Origin: Clostridioides phage LIBA2945
Sequence record: MF547663.1
Reading direction: 5' to 3' (one strand)
DNA: 64,000 nt
Shown here: one piece after another, positions 9,397 through 20,143 of the stretch
Layout of the letters: every line of letters begins with the position of its first letter
How positions within the stretch are numbered: position 1 is the first letter of the stretch
Notes under the pieces: model-generated
Seen by the model: only the letters and a program-made list of their open reading frames with translations
Told to the model about the DNA's origin: nothing
Database searches by the model: none
Position numbers and translations under genes: made by a program

Positions 9397-11472
9397 TTGA
9401 AAAATTATGAAATAAAGAATCATACCATAGAAGTAGATTTTAGTAATTATAGAATAAATAAAAGGTTACTAGACTATTTTATTTATAATGAAAATGATGT
9501 TAAAACAGCTTATATTGAAGCAATATTGAAAAATAAAGATGAAATAATAGATTTATCTGAATATGATAGAGTTTTAGTTAGCATTACAAAAAGTGATGGA
9601 CAAAAGGTTAATGGTGAATGTGAAGTTGTAGATGCAGAAAATGGTGTTGTAGAGATAGAACTTAGTCGACAAGCACTTGCAAGTGTTGGTATAAATACAT
9701 TTCAACTATCCCTTGTGAAAGAGGGAACTCTACTTAATACTACAAATCTTTATTATAGAGTTGAAGAGGGTATGATTAATGATGATGATATCACCTCAAC
9801 TGATGAATATGGAGTATTATTGGTAATAATAGCCCAAGCAGAAGAGATTATAAAAAACAATAAAGAGTTAACTAAAAGAGTTGAACAACTTGAAATAACT
9901 ATCTTAGGAAATGAAGAAGTTAGGGATAAAGCAGAGCAGATTAGGATTTATAATGAAGATATAAGAAACATACAAGAAGAAGAAAGAGAGTTTAATGAGT
10001 TAACACGTCAAAACCAAGAAGCAAATCGTGAAGAATCCATTCAGAATATGCAAATCCAAGTTGATGATAAACTTACTGATTGTCAACTCCAATTAGATGA
10101 AATGATAGATGCCAAGTCTGAAGAAATAGACAATATTGTTGATGATAAAATGCTTGATGTCCAAGCTCAAACAGATAAGAAATTTCAGGACTTAGATACT
10201 AGAGCTAATAATATTTTTGATTTATATGATAAGACATTTGAAGATAAGCTTACAGACAACCAAGAACAAATTGATTATAAACTTGATGAAGTAAATCAGG
10301 CTATATCTAATGTAGAAGATTGTATTGATAAAAGTACTACAAAATTAGATACAAAGATAAAAGAAATAGATGACAAAATAGTTGAAGTAAATACTGCTAA
10401 GACAGATATGACAACAACTGTATCTAACAAAATAACTGAATTTGAAAATAGATTTAGTGAATTAGAAAGTCTTGATGCTAGAGGCGAGTTAATACAAGCT
10501 AGAGAAACTATTGATGGAAATGTAAAGGACACTTTAAAGGATAGATTAACATATGATTTTGAGAAAGTTAATGAGAAAATTGCTGAGATGACTTCTGCTG
10601 CAACTAATGTAGCTTTTAGTAAATCTTATGTTGAATCGGATTGGGTTGCTGATGGAGAATATTTTAAACTTATAGTTAATCATAATTTAGTTACAGAAAA
10701 TATATTTGTAGCAATATTAGATGAAGCAACTAAGAAAAGTATGACTAATTCTTATACTATAGTAGATTCTAATACGATAGAAATATTTAATGAAAGTAAC
10801 ATAAATGTAAGAGTAACTGTTGTAAATGGTAATACAAACAAAGAAGTTATACAAGCTACAATAAATGATAACATAACAACACTAGATAGTACTTATTCTA
10901 GTGTTAAAATTGATGCAAAAATTGATGAGAGTCTAATTAAGATAAATGAAAATAAAAGTAATATAGCTACTAACTTAGAGAAGATAAATCTAATACAAAA
11001 TAAAGTTGGTTCAAGTGAATTAAGTACAATATCTAAAAATATATCAGATGCAGTAAATGAATTAGATGCTAGTGTAAAAATTCTTGAGGCTGGTGGAAAC
11101 TTAGGTCAACAATTAGACAGTTTAAAAGCCAAGTATGACGCACTTTCTAATAAAGTCTTAGATATAGCAGTTTATTTGGAATTGGAATCTGGCTTACTTC
11201 CAGATGAAGTAGGACACTGGTTTGATGGTTTGTCTGATGATAAAGCGATATTATCTATTGATGGAGATTTAAAACTAGATACAGAAAATAGGAAAATACA
11301 AGGTGCTACTGGTAGTGTTACATTCAATAGAATAACAATTCCTTTTGAATGTAAAAAATTAAGATATATACATGAACTAAATGATAATTATATAGAAACT
11401 GTATCTGATAAGAATATATCTATTGGTACAACTATAATAGATTTAGACAAATATTCTTACGAAATTAAATAA
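9397..11472 (+). CDS. Coiled-coil tail fiber/baseplate structural protein, 691 aa
   Basis: Long heptad-rich central region. Position in the tail module. Confidence 0.4.
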   Translation: MKNYEIKNHTIEVDFSNYRINKRLLDYFIYNENDVKTAYIEAILKNKDEIIDLSEYDRVLVSITKSDGQKVNGECEVVDAENGVVEIELSRQALASVGINTFQLSLVKEGTLLNTTNLYYRVEEGMINDDDITSTDEYGVLLVIIAQAEEIIKNNKELTKRVEQLEITILGNEEVRDKAEQIRIYNEDIRNIQEEEREFNELTRQNQEANREESIQNMQIQVDDKLTDCQLQLDEMIDAKSEEIDNIVDDKMLDVQAQTDKKFQDLDTRANNIFDLYDKTFEDKLTDNQEQIDYKLDEVNQAISNVEDCIDKSTTKLDTKIKEIDDKIVEVNTAKTDMTTTVSNKITEFENRFSELESLDARGELIQARETIDGNVKDTLKDRLTYDFEKVNEKIAEMTSAATNVAFSKSYVESDWVADGEYFKLIVNHNLVTENIFVAILDEATKKSMTNSYTIVDSNTIEIFNESNINVRVTVVNGNTNKEVIQATINDNITTLDSTYSSVKIDAKIDESLIKINENKSNIATNLEKINLIQNKVGSSELSTISKNISDAVNELDASVKILEAGGNLGQQLDSLKAKYDALSNKVLDIAVYLELESGLLPDEVGHWFDGLSDDKAILSIDGDLKLDTENRKIQGATGSVTFNRITIPFECKKLRYIHELNDNYIETVSDKNISIGTTIIDLDKYSYEIK

Positions 11473-11488
11473 ATAGAGGTGGAAAAAC

Positions 11489-14400
11489 TTGAAAGAAAAT
11501 AAATTAATACAGCGTGGAAGATATTTTGATACTATTTATGAGATTGAGGATTTTGAACCAGAATTTGATAAATATGATTTTGTTAAAATGTTTACTTCAA
11601 AATATATAGACTGTACATATGGTTTGAAATCTGATGAAACATTGTGGGTAACAGGAAATAATCAAGTGGTTGGAAAATATAGTCCAAGAAATAATAACAT
11701 TTCACGTAGAGTAGATACATTTACAAAAATTGATGGGGTATCCAATATAAAAGATATTGCAATAGGAAGTGAGCATACTGTAATTTTAAAAAAAGATGGA
11801 ACTTTATTAGGTGTTGGTCAAAATTCAAATGGAGCATTAGGGCTTGGGGGAGATATTACAGTAGCAACAACTTTTACTAAACTACCTATAGAAGATGTTG
11901 TGAAAGTTGTTGTTGGAAGTGGACTTACTATAGCATTAAAATCTAATGGAGAGTTGTATTTTACTGGTTATAATGGTAGTCAACAATTTGATAACTTAGA
12001 GAATACAAATACTTTTATTAAATTATCAATAACAGATGTAAAGGATATAGATTGTGGTGATGGTTTTACTTTTATATTAAAAACTAATGGGGAATTATAT
12101 TCATGTGGTAGTAATTCATATGGACAATTAGGACTAGGAGACAATACTAATAGAAATACTTTTACTAAAGTTAATATAGATAATGTAAAAGAAATATCTT
12201 GTGGTAGATACAATTCATTTATAATAAAAAATGATGATTCTTTATATGGATGTGGATACAATACAGAAGGTCAATTAGGATTAGGTGATATTACCAATAG
12301 AAATGTATTTACCAACATGGCTCTTAATGTAAAAAAAGTTGTATATGGAATAAATTCTACTATAATTCTAAAAAATGATGATTCTTTATATGGATGTGGA
12401 CGAAATACATATGGACAATTAGGTTTGAGAAATGTTCCTAATCCTAAAACATTCATTAAAATTGGTATAAATAATATAAAGGACATATATTGCGGAAATA
12501 ATCATACGATTATGATAAGAAATGATAATAAACTTTTATTCTGTGGAACTAATAGAGAATCACAAATAGGCAATCCAAATAATATAAATTATCCTGTAGA
12601 CGTATTTACAGAATATAAAAGTGCTGAGGTGTTGGGATATAATAAATCTGTTACCATGAACAATAAAAACTATCTTATAAAAGAAAATGGGGATTATATT
12701 TGTTATGGAAACATAAAAAAAATTGTATCTGTTGAAGGTTCGACTTATGCATTACTAGAAAATGGTGAACTATGGGTATCTGGGAATAATACAGATGGAC
12801 AATTAGGATTAAATCATAAAGTAACTCAAAATTATTTTACTAGAGTTCCAATAGATAATATAAGAGATGTTGTTTGTGGTGCTTACTATGCTTTTATAAT
12901 AAAAAACGATGATACTGTATGGGTGACTGGACTTAATAATTCTGGGCAATTAGGAACTGGCAATACTTCTCAACTACAAAAATTTACAAAAATCTCCATA
13001 GATAATGTAAAAAAAATTGCATGTGGTCGTTCTCATGTTTTAATATTAAAAAATGATAATAGTATATGGGGTGCAGGAGCAGGTTATTATTTAGGAATAG
13101 GTACTACTAGTAGTACAGGTATAACATCCTTTACAAAAGTTCCTATAGATGATGTAAGAGATATAGCATGTGGATATGAATGCTCTATAATATTAAAAAA
13201 TGATAATAGTATATGGGGTGCAGGAGCAAATCATAGTGGTCAATTAGGGAAAACCTCAAATAATAGTGTGGAAAAATATTTTATAGAATTATCTATAAAT
13301 AAAGCAGTAAAGGTGAAAGAAATATATTGTGGGATTTATCATACATTAATATTGAAAACTAATGGAGAATTATATGGATGTGGTAGTAATACACAAGGAC
13401 AATTAGGAAGAAGGATTTCTACAGACAAATTAGAACAATTTACTTTAATAGAAACTGATACCACTCATATATGTAACAATCATTGCGAATCATATAATAC
13501 ACTTATAATAGATTCTATCGGAAGGTTAAAAGCTACTGGTCAAAATAATTATAATCAATTAGGTTTAGAAAATAATAAAACTACACTAATAGAAAGTTTT
13601 ACTCCTACAAATATTGTAATCGGACAAGGTAATAATAGATATATTGCTGGTGGTAGTGATTGTACATTTTTAGTAAAAACTGATGGTAAAGTGTATGGTA
13701 TAGGAAATAGACTTAATGGAAGGTTTGGTACAGGTTCAGATAGTGTAGCAGCATCTACATTTACAAGAATTGGTTTTGAATTTAATAGTACAGAAATAGA
13801 CTATAATAATGATTTTAGGATAGCAACTACTAATGTAAATGATTATATGAGTGTCTTTTTAAAAAAAAGTAATGGAGAATTATATGGTGTGGGGAATAAC
13901 ACATATGGTCAATTAGGTATCGGAAACAATTCTACATGTCATTACTTTTATCCAATAAATATAAAAAATATAAAAGATGTGATATGTGGATTAAATTATA
14001 CCTTAATATTAAAAAAAGATGGAGAGTTATTAGTTACAGGTAATACTTCAAGTCAAAAAGCATTAGACACCAAAACCTTGTTAACTAGTGAACCGTATAG
14101 ATTTAATCAAGTGAGTACTATAAGTAATGTAGAAAAGGTTGTATGTGGTTCACTAATTGTTTTTGCGTTACTTGGTGATGGAAGATTATATAGTACAGGA
14201 ACTAATACATATGGTCAATTAGGATTAGGTGATATTGCCAATAGAGATAGTTTTGCAAGGGTCAATATAAATAATGTAAAAGAAATTGCGTGTGGGATAA
14301 GTCATACATTAATATTAACAAGTAATGGAGAATTATATGCCACAGGGAGAAATGATGAAGGTCAATTAGGACTAGGAGACAATACTAATAGAAATACTTT

Positions 14401-16372
14401 TACTAAAGTTAATATAAATAATGTAAGAAAAGTAATATGTGGTGCTTATTACACATTGGTGTTAACAAATGATGGAGAATTATATGCTACTGGAAGAAAT
14501 AAAGAGGGGCAGTTGGGACTAGGTGATATTGTTAATAGAGATACTTTTACTAAAGTTAATATAGATAATGTGAAGGAAATATCCTGTGGTCTTGACCATA
14601 CATTAGTATTGAAAAATAATGGAGAATTATATGGATGTGGGAGTAATGGACAGGGGCAATTAGGATTAGGAGATAACACTGGCAGAAATACTTTTACTAA
14701 GATTAATATAGATAATGTTAAAGGTATTAATGCAGGTGGTCGTTCATCTTATATTTATAAAAACGATGGAAGTGTTTTTTCTACTGGACAAAATACATAT
14801 GGATTATTAGGATTGGGTGATGTTACTAACAGAAATATTTTTACTAAGGTTAATATTAAAATTTTTGACTTTGAAAAAATAACAGATTGTATAGTCAATA
14901 ATAATTTTAATTTAGTAAATAATAAATTTTTAATACCTACAAAAGATACTAAATATCAACATTATGTAACTTCGTCTGATGATTTTAATTACAACGAAAT
15001 ACTAGGCTCTCAATATCCTGTTTCACCTTATGCTAATGAAGTATTAGAATTGCCTTTCAATAATATAAAAGAATTTTGGATGTCTAAAACACATTCTTTA
15101 ATTGTTAATACTGATGGAGAATTATATGGATGTGGTAAAAATACTTATGGACAATTATTAAATCCATTAACAACAACTTCTTTGCTAGAGTTTACTAAGT
15201 TAAACTTTGATAATATTAAACAAGCTTCATGTGGAAATGGATTTTCATATTTTGTTAGAAATGATGGAGCTTTATTTTCTTGTGGTTTAAATTCAAATGG
15301 TCAATTAGGACTGGGTCATAATAATGATGTTTCTGAACCTCAACTGATTACAACAATATCTAATGTAAAAAAAGTAATGTGTGATAATAATTTTACATTA
15401 GCTTTATTAAATAACAATGAATTGTATGCACAAGGATACAATAGATTTGGTAACTTTGGTTTAGGTGAAGAGAAAAAAGATACTATAATACCTTTATTCA
15501 CTAAAATTGCTACAAATGTGGAAGATGTAGAAATAGGCACTAATTATATTTTACTTAGAAAAACAGATAATACAGTTTATATTAGTGGTAGAATAAGAGA
15601 TTGTTATAATATAGAAGAAAACAATATATATGTTTTTAATGAAATTAAAACACCTTCTAGTATATACAAAGAAAATTTAGTATGGGTTAATCCTGTAAAT
15701 GATGAAACTGTATCTTTAATTTATAAAGTAAATTCAGTTAATTCAACTATTGAAATTATTGAAAAAACAATCTCTGGAATAAAGTTAAAAATAAATGATG
15801 ATGGTAATGAAATTATAAAAATAGAAATGTATATAAATAATGAGTTGATTACTACTATGACAGAATTTACAAATAAATATTCTCAATTTACCATACCATT
15901 AGATAAATTAGTTCTTGGGAGAAATAATATTGTATTTAAAGGATATGATAATTTTAAAGGAAATATATATACTTCTTTGACAATAAATAAAGAAAATAAT
16001 TCTATATATGTATCTGAAAATTCAAGTTTATTAATTAATGGAAAAAGATATACTGTTCAATCTGTTTCAGAATCTGAGGGTAAGGTCACAGTAAATTTAG
16101 ATAGAGGTTTAGAAGGAAATGTTAATGTGGGTGATATAATATATCAATTAATCAATAGGTTAAATGTTCAAATAAAAACTAATAACACTGGTATGCATAA
16201 AGATGCTAAATTGCTAGAAATGAAAAAAGTTGACACAGGTTATCAAGAAATATATGAGTTTAAAGAAAATGGAATTAAAGAAGTAGAACCTAAAATTATT
16301 GTAAATGGAAATGAAGATACAGCAATAAAAAGACCATCTATGATATTTTCTATAGATGAGACTACACTTTAG
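11489..16372 (+). CDS. Giant RCC1-repeat (beta-propeller) tail protein, 1627 aa. More than 20 repeats of the 'Y(G/S)CG.N..GQLGLGD.TNR..FTKV.I.NVK.I.CG' blade motif. Candidate receptor-binding protein
   Basis: The repeated GQLGLG / CG..H(T/S).(I/L)L blade signature is read directly. The start uses TTG after the SD 'agaggtgg'. Confidence 0.6.
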   Translation: MKENKLIQRGRYFDTIYEIEDFEPEFDKYDFVKMFTSKYIDCTYGLKSDETLWVTGNNQVVGKYSPRNNNISRRVDTFTKIDGVSNIKDIAIGSEHTVILKKDGTLLGVGQNSNGALGLGGDITVATTFTKLPIEDVVKVVVGSGLTIALKSNGELYFTGYNGSQQFDNLENTNTFIKLSITDVKDIDCGDGFTFILKTNGELYSCGSNSYGQLGLGDNTNRNTFTKVNIDNVKEISCGRYNSFIIKNDDSLYGCGYNTEGQLGLGDITNRNVFTNMALNVKKVVYGINSTIILKNDDSLYGCGRNTYGQLGLRNVPNPKTFIKIGINNIKDIYCGNNHTIMIRNDNKLLFCGTNRESQIGNPNNINYPVDVFTEYKSAEVLGYNKSVTMNNKNYLIKENGDYICYGNIKKIVSVEGSTYALLENGELWVSGNNTDGQLGLNHKVTQNYFTRVPIDNIRDVVCGAYYAFIIKNDDTVWVTGLNNSGQLGTGNTSQLQKFTKISIDNVKKIACGRSHVLILKNDNSIWGAGAGYYLGIGTTSSTGITSFTKVPIDDVRDIACGYECSIILKNDNSIWGAGANHSGQLGKTSNNSVEKYFIELSINKAVKVKEIYCGIYHTLILKTNGELYGCGSNTQGQLGRRISTDKLEQFTLIETDTTHICNNHCESYNTLIIDSIGRLKATGQNNYNQLGLENNKTTLIESFTPTNIVIGQGNNRYIAGGSDCTFLVKTDGKVYGIGNRLNGRFGTGSDSVAASTFTRIGFEFNSTEIDYNNDFRIATTNVNDYMSVFLKKSNGELYGVGNNTYGQLGIGNNSTCHYFYPINIKNIKDVICGLNYTLILKKDGELLVTGNTSSQKALDTKTLLTSEPYRFNQVSTISNVEKVVCGSLIVFALLGDGRLYSTGTNTYGQLGLGDIANRDSFARVNINNVKEIACGISHTLILTSNGELYATGRNDEGQLGLGDNTNRNTFTKVNINNVRKVICGAYYTLVLTNDGELYATGRNKEGQLGLGDIVNRDTFTKVNIDNVKEISCGLDHTLVLKNNGELYGCGSNGQGQLGLGDNTGRNTFTKINIDNVKGINAGGRSSYIYKNDGSVFSTGQNTYGLLGLGDVTNRNIFTKVNIKIFDFEKITDCIVNNNFNLVNNKFLIPTKDTKYQHYVTSSDDFNYNEILGSQYPVSPYANEVLELPFNNIKEFWMSKTHSLIVNTDGELYGCGKNTYGQLLNPLTTTSLLEFTKLNFDNIKQASCGNGFSYFVRNDGALFSCGLNSNGQLGLGHNNDVSEPQLITTISNVKKVMCDNNFTLALLNNNELYAQGYNRFGNFGLGEEKKDTIIPLFTKIATNVEDVEIGTNYILLRKTDNTVYISGRIRDCYNIEENNIYVFNEIKTPSSIYKENLVWVNPVNDETVSLIYKVNSVNSTIEIIEKTISGIKLKINDDGNEIIKIEMYINNELITTMTEFTNKYSQFTIPLDKLVLGRNNIVFKGYDNFKGNIYTSLTINKENNSIYVSENSSLLINGKRYTVQSVSESEGKVTVNLDRGLEGNVNVGDIIYQLINRLNVQIKTNNTGMHKDAKLLEMKKVDTGYQEIYEFKENGIKEVEPKIIVNGNEDTAIKRPSMIFSIDETTL

Positions 16373-16385
16373 AAGGGATTAAATT

Positions 16386-16712
16386 ATGAACGTAAATATA
16401 AATGAAGAAAAAATTGAAAAGCTTAAGCAGAAAAAGAAAATAAGTAATTTAAATATAAGTCAAAAAACGCAAGATAATGACATTACAGATTTAATGTTAG
16501 CAACTGCTGAAATATGTGAAATGGTATTAAGTAGTCAACAGACATCTACTATGTCATTAAGAAATATAAAATTAAATGAAGGAGGAAGTAGTATGGCAGC
16601 AATTTATGTGGGATTGATAGAGAGAGGTTTAAAAACAATTGACCAAGTACCTGTAAAATACAGAGAAGAAGTAAGAAAAATGTGTGAAGCATTAGAGATT
16701 TCATTATCATAG
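16386..16712 (+). CDS. Hypothetical tail-module protein, 108 aa
   Basis: ORF with the SD 'agaagggatt'; operon context. Confidence 0.35.
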   Translation: MNVNINEEKIEKLKQKKKISNLNISQKTQDNDITDLMLATAEICEMVLSSQQTSTMSLRNIKLNEGGSSMAAIYVGLIERGLKTIDQVPVKYREEVRKMCEALEISLS

Positions 16713-16790
16713 AATTGTAAGAGTTCTTTTTTTATGTTCAAAATAGAGAGTTACTAATGTAGCTCTCTAACTTAAAAAGAAGGTGATAAA

Positions 16791-17120
16791 TTGTTAAATG
16801 AAGAGGTAGTAAAAAAATTAAAGAATGTACCTAGCGACACTAATAATGCAATAGAAACTGCTAAAACAGAGATTAACAACAAAATAGGTGATACAACACA
16901 ACTTACTACAACAGATAAAACAAATATAGTTAGTGCATTAAATGAGGTAAAAACTAGCGTAGATAGCATAGAAACAACAGCAGAGAAAACAAGTTATAAT
17001 AATGCAACAAGTAATCTTACTGCTACAAATGTTCAAGGGGCGATTGATGAAGTTGTTAGAAAAATAGAAAATTTTAATGAGGTTAATATATCTATACAAA
17101 ATGATATGTTACCTATTTAA
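16791..17120 (+). CDS. Hypothetical T/N-rich fiber-associated protein, 109 aa (TTG start)
   Basis: SD 'aaggtga' upstream. Low-complexity T/N/S-rich sequence typical of fiber proteins. Confidence 0.35.
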   Translation: MLNEEVVKKLKNVPSDTNNAIETAKTEINNKIGDTTQLTTTDKTNIVSALNEVKTSVDSIETTAEKTSYNNATSNLTATNVQGAIDEVVRKIENFNEVNISIQNDMLPI

Positions 17121-17136
17121 GATAGGAGAGTGAAAA

Positions 17137-18702
17137 ATGGCTATAGTTTATGAATTTAATTATACAGGTGCTGAACAAAGTGTAGTGTTGCCACCTGGTA
17201 AATATAAGTTTGAATGTTTTGGTGCTTGTGGTGGTAATTATTATGATTTTGTACAGTGTGCAAAAGGTGGCTATACTGCTGGTTCTTTAATATTGAAAGA
17301 AAATACTACATTACATGTTTACGTTGGGCAAAGTGGTTATTGTAAAGGTGTTAATGGTATTGAGACTTGTAGAAGTGGTTTTAATGGTGCGGGTGGTATA
17401 ACCACTTATAAAAGTACTTCTGATGGTTATTATAGTCTTGCAGGTGGTGGAGCTACTGATATTAGACTTATTGGTGGTAACTGGGATAATTTACAAAGTT
17501 TGCTATCTCGCATAATTGTTGCAGGTGGTGGTGGTGGTGGAAGCGGTGCTGGAGATGGCATTAGTGGTGTTGGTGGCGGTGGTGGTTGGTATTGTGGTGC
17601 AGGTAGTTTTTATGCTGAATTTGGTGGTGGTGGAAGTGGATATATTCTAACAAAAGATAGTTATAAGCCAGCAAATTATAGTCCATCTTCTAAATATTAT
17701 TTTAGCGATATAAATAGCGTTGTAGGTGGAAATACTACGAAACAAGATGGTTATGCTAAAATAACATTACTCCAAGCATTACCTTTTTTAACTATATCCT
17801 CTTATAATTCCACTACAGCTACATTTAAAGCTGACCACACAGACCCTACATTGCTTACAAAAATAGAATATTTTATAGATGATGTACTAAAAGAAACTAT
17901 AACAACAGATTTAACAACAGAGAAAATAATTAACTATACATTAGAAGATAATACACTACACACACTTAAGATAGTTGTCACAGACAGCGCTAATGCTACA
18001 GCAGAAAAAGTTGTAAGTATAAGCAAAGGAATTGCACCTCTTCCTGCTGGTTCTACAACAGATGAAGTTACAAGTAAATGGATAGAAATTAAAGATGCAT
18101 TTAAAAGTGGCAAAACAAGTATTATAAACACTTTAGCATTAAAGAATATAGAAGCAAGTTTAAATAATACGCTAGTTGAATTATCAGAGAAAATAAAAAC
18201 AAGTTTTGACAGTTCTGACGCTAGTGTGCAGGATTTGATGAACCAGTTAACACAAGCTAATAACACTATAAGTCAGTTAAATTCTAAATATAAATATGCC
18301 AGTGGTACTATTGATGTTGTTAAAAATAGTTCTTTAATGGCTAATTTATATGGAGAGTCCTTTGGTAGACAACCTGGTACTTGGCTTAAGATTGATAATT
18401 TAGGTTTTATTCCTAATATTTTTGTTGCTGAATGCCAATATGTTACTTCTAATAATTATTTTTTTAAACATATTGTTATTGCTACTTGTAATATAAATTG
18501 GTTTTGGGATAAAAAAGATTTTTCAGCTAGAATTGTATTTACTAAAGAAAAAAATTCTAATCAAGATTTTAGTGGAAGTGGAATTATTTATTCAAATAAT
18601 GAGTGTGATGTATATATAAATAATAAAGGCATTAATGTTCCTGCAAGTAGTCCTAATGTTTCTAGTTACCTACATTCTTGGCATGCTATAAAATTTATAT
18701 AA
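17137..18702 (+). CDS. Glycine-rich tail fiber-like protein, 521 aa (GGGGGGSGAGDGISGVGGGGGWYCGAG)
   Basis: SD 'ataggagagtg'. Long Gly-rich runs in the N-terminal half. Tail-module position. Confidence 0.5.
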   Translation: MAIVYEFNYTGAEQSVVLPPGKYKFECFGACGGNYYDFVQCAKGGYTAGSLILKENTTLHVYVGQSGYCKGVNGIETCRSGFNGAGGITTYKSTSDGYYSLAGGGATDIRLIGGNWDNLQSLLSRIIVAGGGGGGSGAGDGISGVGGGGGWYCGAGSFYAEFGGGGSGYILTKDSYKPANYSPSSKYYFSDINSVVGGNTTKQDGYAKITLLQALPFLTISSYNSTTATFKADHTDPTLLTKIEYFIDDVLKETITTDLTTEKIINYTLEDNTLHTLKIVVTDSANATAEKVVSISKGIAPLPAGSTTDEVTSKWIEIKDAFKSGKTSIINTLALKNIEASLNNTLVELSEKIKTSFDSSDASVQDLMNQLTQANNTISQLNSKYKYASGTIDVVKNSSLMANLYGESFGRQPGTWLKIDNLGFIPNIFVAECQYVTSNNYFFKHIVIATCNINWFWDKKDFSARIVFTKEKNSNQDFSGSGIIYSNNECDVYINNKGINVPASSPNVSSYLHSWHAIKFI

Positions 18703-18715
18703 ATGAGGTGATAAA

Positions 18716-19009
18716 ATGAATAGAGCAAATAGAATTATATGTGACCAAACCGGGAAAATATTACTCCAAACTGGAGAAGCAACAGGGGATATATTAGAAC
18801 ATGATGAAATAACGGAATTACATTTTGTTGATATTCCGTATGGAAGTGTAGATTATACTAAAAGCAGAATTGTAAGCATAAATATAGAAACAAAAGAACC
18901 TATCTTAGAAGAAATACCAGTATTTGTTTCAGAAGAAGAAAAGAGAATACAAGAGTTAGAAAATCAATTACTAATTGCAGAAAATGAAAAAGTAGGAGGA
19001 ATTTTATAA
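18716..19009 (+). CDS. Hypothetical phage protein, 97 aa
   Basis: SD 'atgaggtga'; it overlaps the next ORF's start. Confidence 0.35.
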   Translation: MNRANRIICDQTGKILLQTGEATGDILEHDEITELHFVDIPYGSVDYTKSRIVSINIETKEPILEEIPVFVSEEEKRIQELENQLLIAENEKVGGIL

Positions 19010-19191
19010 TGAATATAAATAATGTTGTAGTAAGAATATTAGCAGAGAGAATATTAAACGGAGGGTTAAACCCATTGAAAAATAGAGAATTTCAGTTAGA
19101 TGACGTGACTAACATAGGGTACAGAAAAGCAGTAGAGGATTATATTATAGAGCATAGTGGAGTAGTCGAAGAAGCAGAACCAATTGTATAG
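19009..19191 (+). CDS. Hypothetical phage protein, 60 aa
   Basis: Translationally coupled to the upstream ORF (ATGA overlap). Confidence 0.3.
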   Translation: MNINNVVVRILAERILNGGLNPLKNREFQLDDVTNIGYRKAVEDYIIEHSGVVEEAEPIV

Positions 19192-19260
19192 AAGGTTCTT
19201 TTTTAGATTATTTAATAAAAACATATTAAAATCATAATTTTAATTAGAAATTTAGTGAAT

Positions 19261-19288
19261 AAGAGCCTTGTTTTATAGGCTCTTTTTA
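19261..19288 (+). terminator. Intrinsic terminator (aagagcc-loop-ggctctt + T5)
   Basis: Hairpin and T-run read directly. Confidence 0.55.
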
Positions 19289-19316
19289 TATTAATTATTT
19301 AAAAGGAGTGGTAATT

Positions 19317-20132
19317 TTGAATATAAAAACATTAACAATTCATGCAGGACACAACCCAGATGGTAAAGTAGGTTCTGGAGCAGTAGGAAATATAAAAGAA
19401 TCTACAGAAGCAAGAAATGTACTAAAAGAGTTAATACCTTTATCTCAAAAGGAATGTAAAGTTTATGATTGTACATGTAACAATGGAACTTCTCAGAGTG
19501 ATATATTGAATAAGATTATAGATAAATGTAATTCATATAACACAGATTTAAATGTAAGTATCCATTTCAACAGTGGTGGTGGTCGAGGAGTAGAAGTTTT
19601 AGTGTATAATTTAAATGACAAAGAAACTGTTGAAATAGCATCAAGAATATGTAAAAAAATAACTGAAACTTATCATGCAAAAGGTGATAAAGATTTTAAA
19701 AATCGTGGAGTTAAAGAAAAGAAAACTCTAGCATTTTTAAGAAGAACGAAGGCAAAGTCAATTTTAGTCGAGTGCTGCTTTGTAGACACATCTGATACTA
19801 AAAAATATAATGCTAAAGATATGGCCATAGACATTTACGAAGGAATATTTAATAAGTCTGTAGCTGGTAAACCACAAGATAACAAAGTGAAATACGCAAT
19901 AGTTTATGAAGGTGAAGTAGATAAAGTTATAGCCCAATTAATGGCCATGAATTATAAATCTAATGAAGTCTCTATATGTGAGTTGAAAAATTATGTTCCT
20001 GGACATTGTGAAAACCTATATGTGATTGGTAGAGCATCCAGTAAAATTAAAACTAGCGAGAGATTCACTAAGTTACAAGGTGATGATAGATGGGCTACAC
20101 TTCATAAAGTGTTAGATTTTATAGGCAAGTAG
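19317..20132 (+). CDS. Endolysin, N-acetylmuramoyl-L-alanine amidase (Amidase_3-like catalytic domain 'IHAGHNPDG...VSIHFNSG')
   Basis: Amidase_3 signature motifs read from the translation. SD 'aaaggagtgg' then a TTG at 19317 (the track starts at 19308). Confidence 0.6.
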   Translation: MNIKTLTIHAGHNPDGKVGSGAVGNIKESTEARNVLKELIPLSQKECKVYDCTCNNGTSQSDILNKIIDKCNSYNTDLNVSIHFNSGGGRGVEVLVYNLNDKETVEIASRICKKITETYHAKGDKDFKNRGVKEKKTLAFLRRTKAKSILVECCFVDTSDTKKYNAKDMAIDIYEGIFNKSVAGKPQDNKVKYAIVYEGEVDKVIAQLMAMNYKSNEVSICELKNYVPGHCENLYVIGRASSKIKTSERFTKLQGDDRWATLHKVLDFIGK

Positions 20133-20143
20133 GAGGTAATGAA

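Noticed and set aside
11980-15540. Minus-strand ORFs inside the RCC1-repeat gene (11980-12261, 12271-12486, 14449-14679, 15340-15540)
   Set aside because: They are antisense to the RCC1-repeat gene. They repeat because the sense gene is repetitive ('PNCPY' mirrors GQLG codons).
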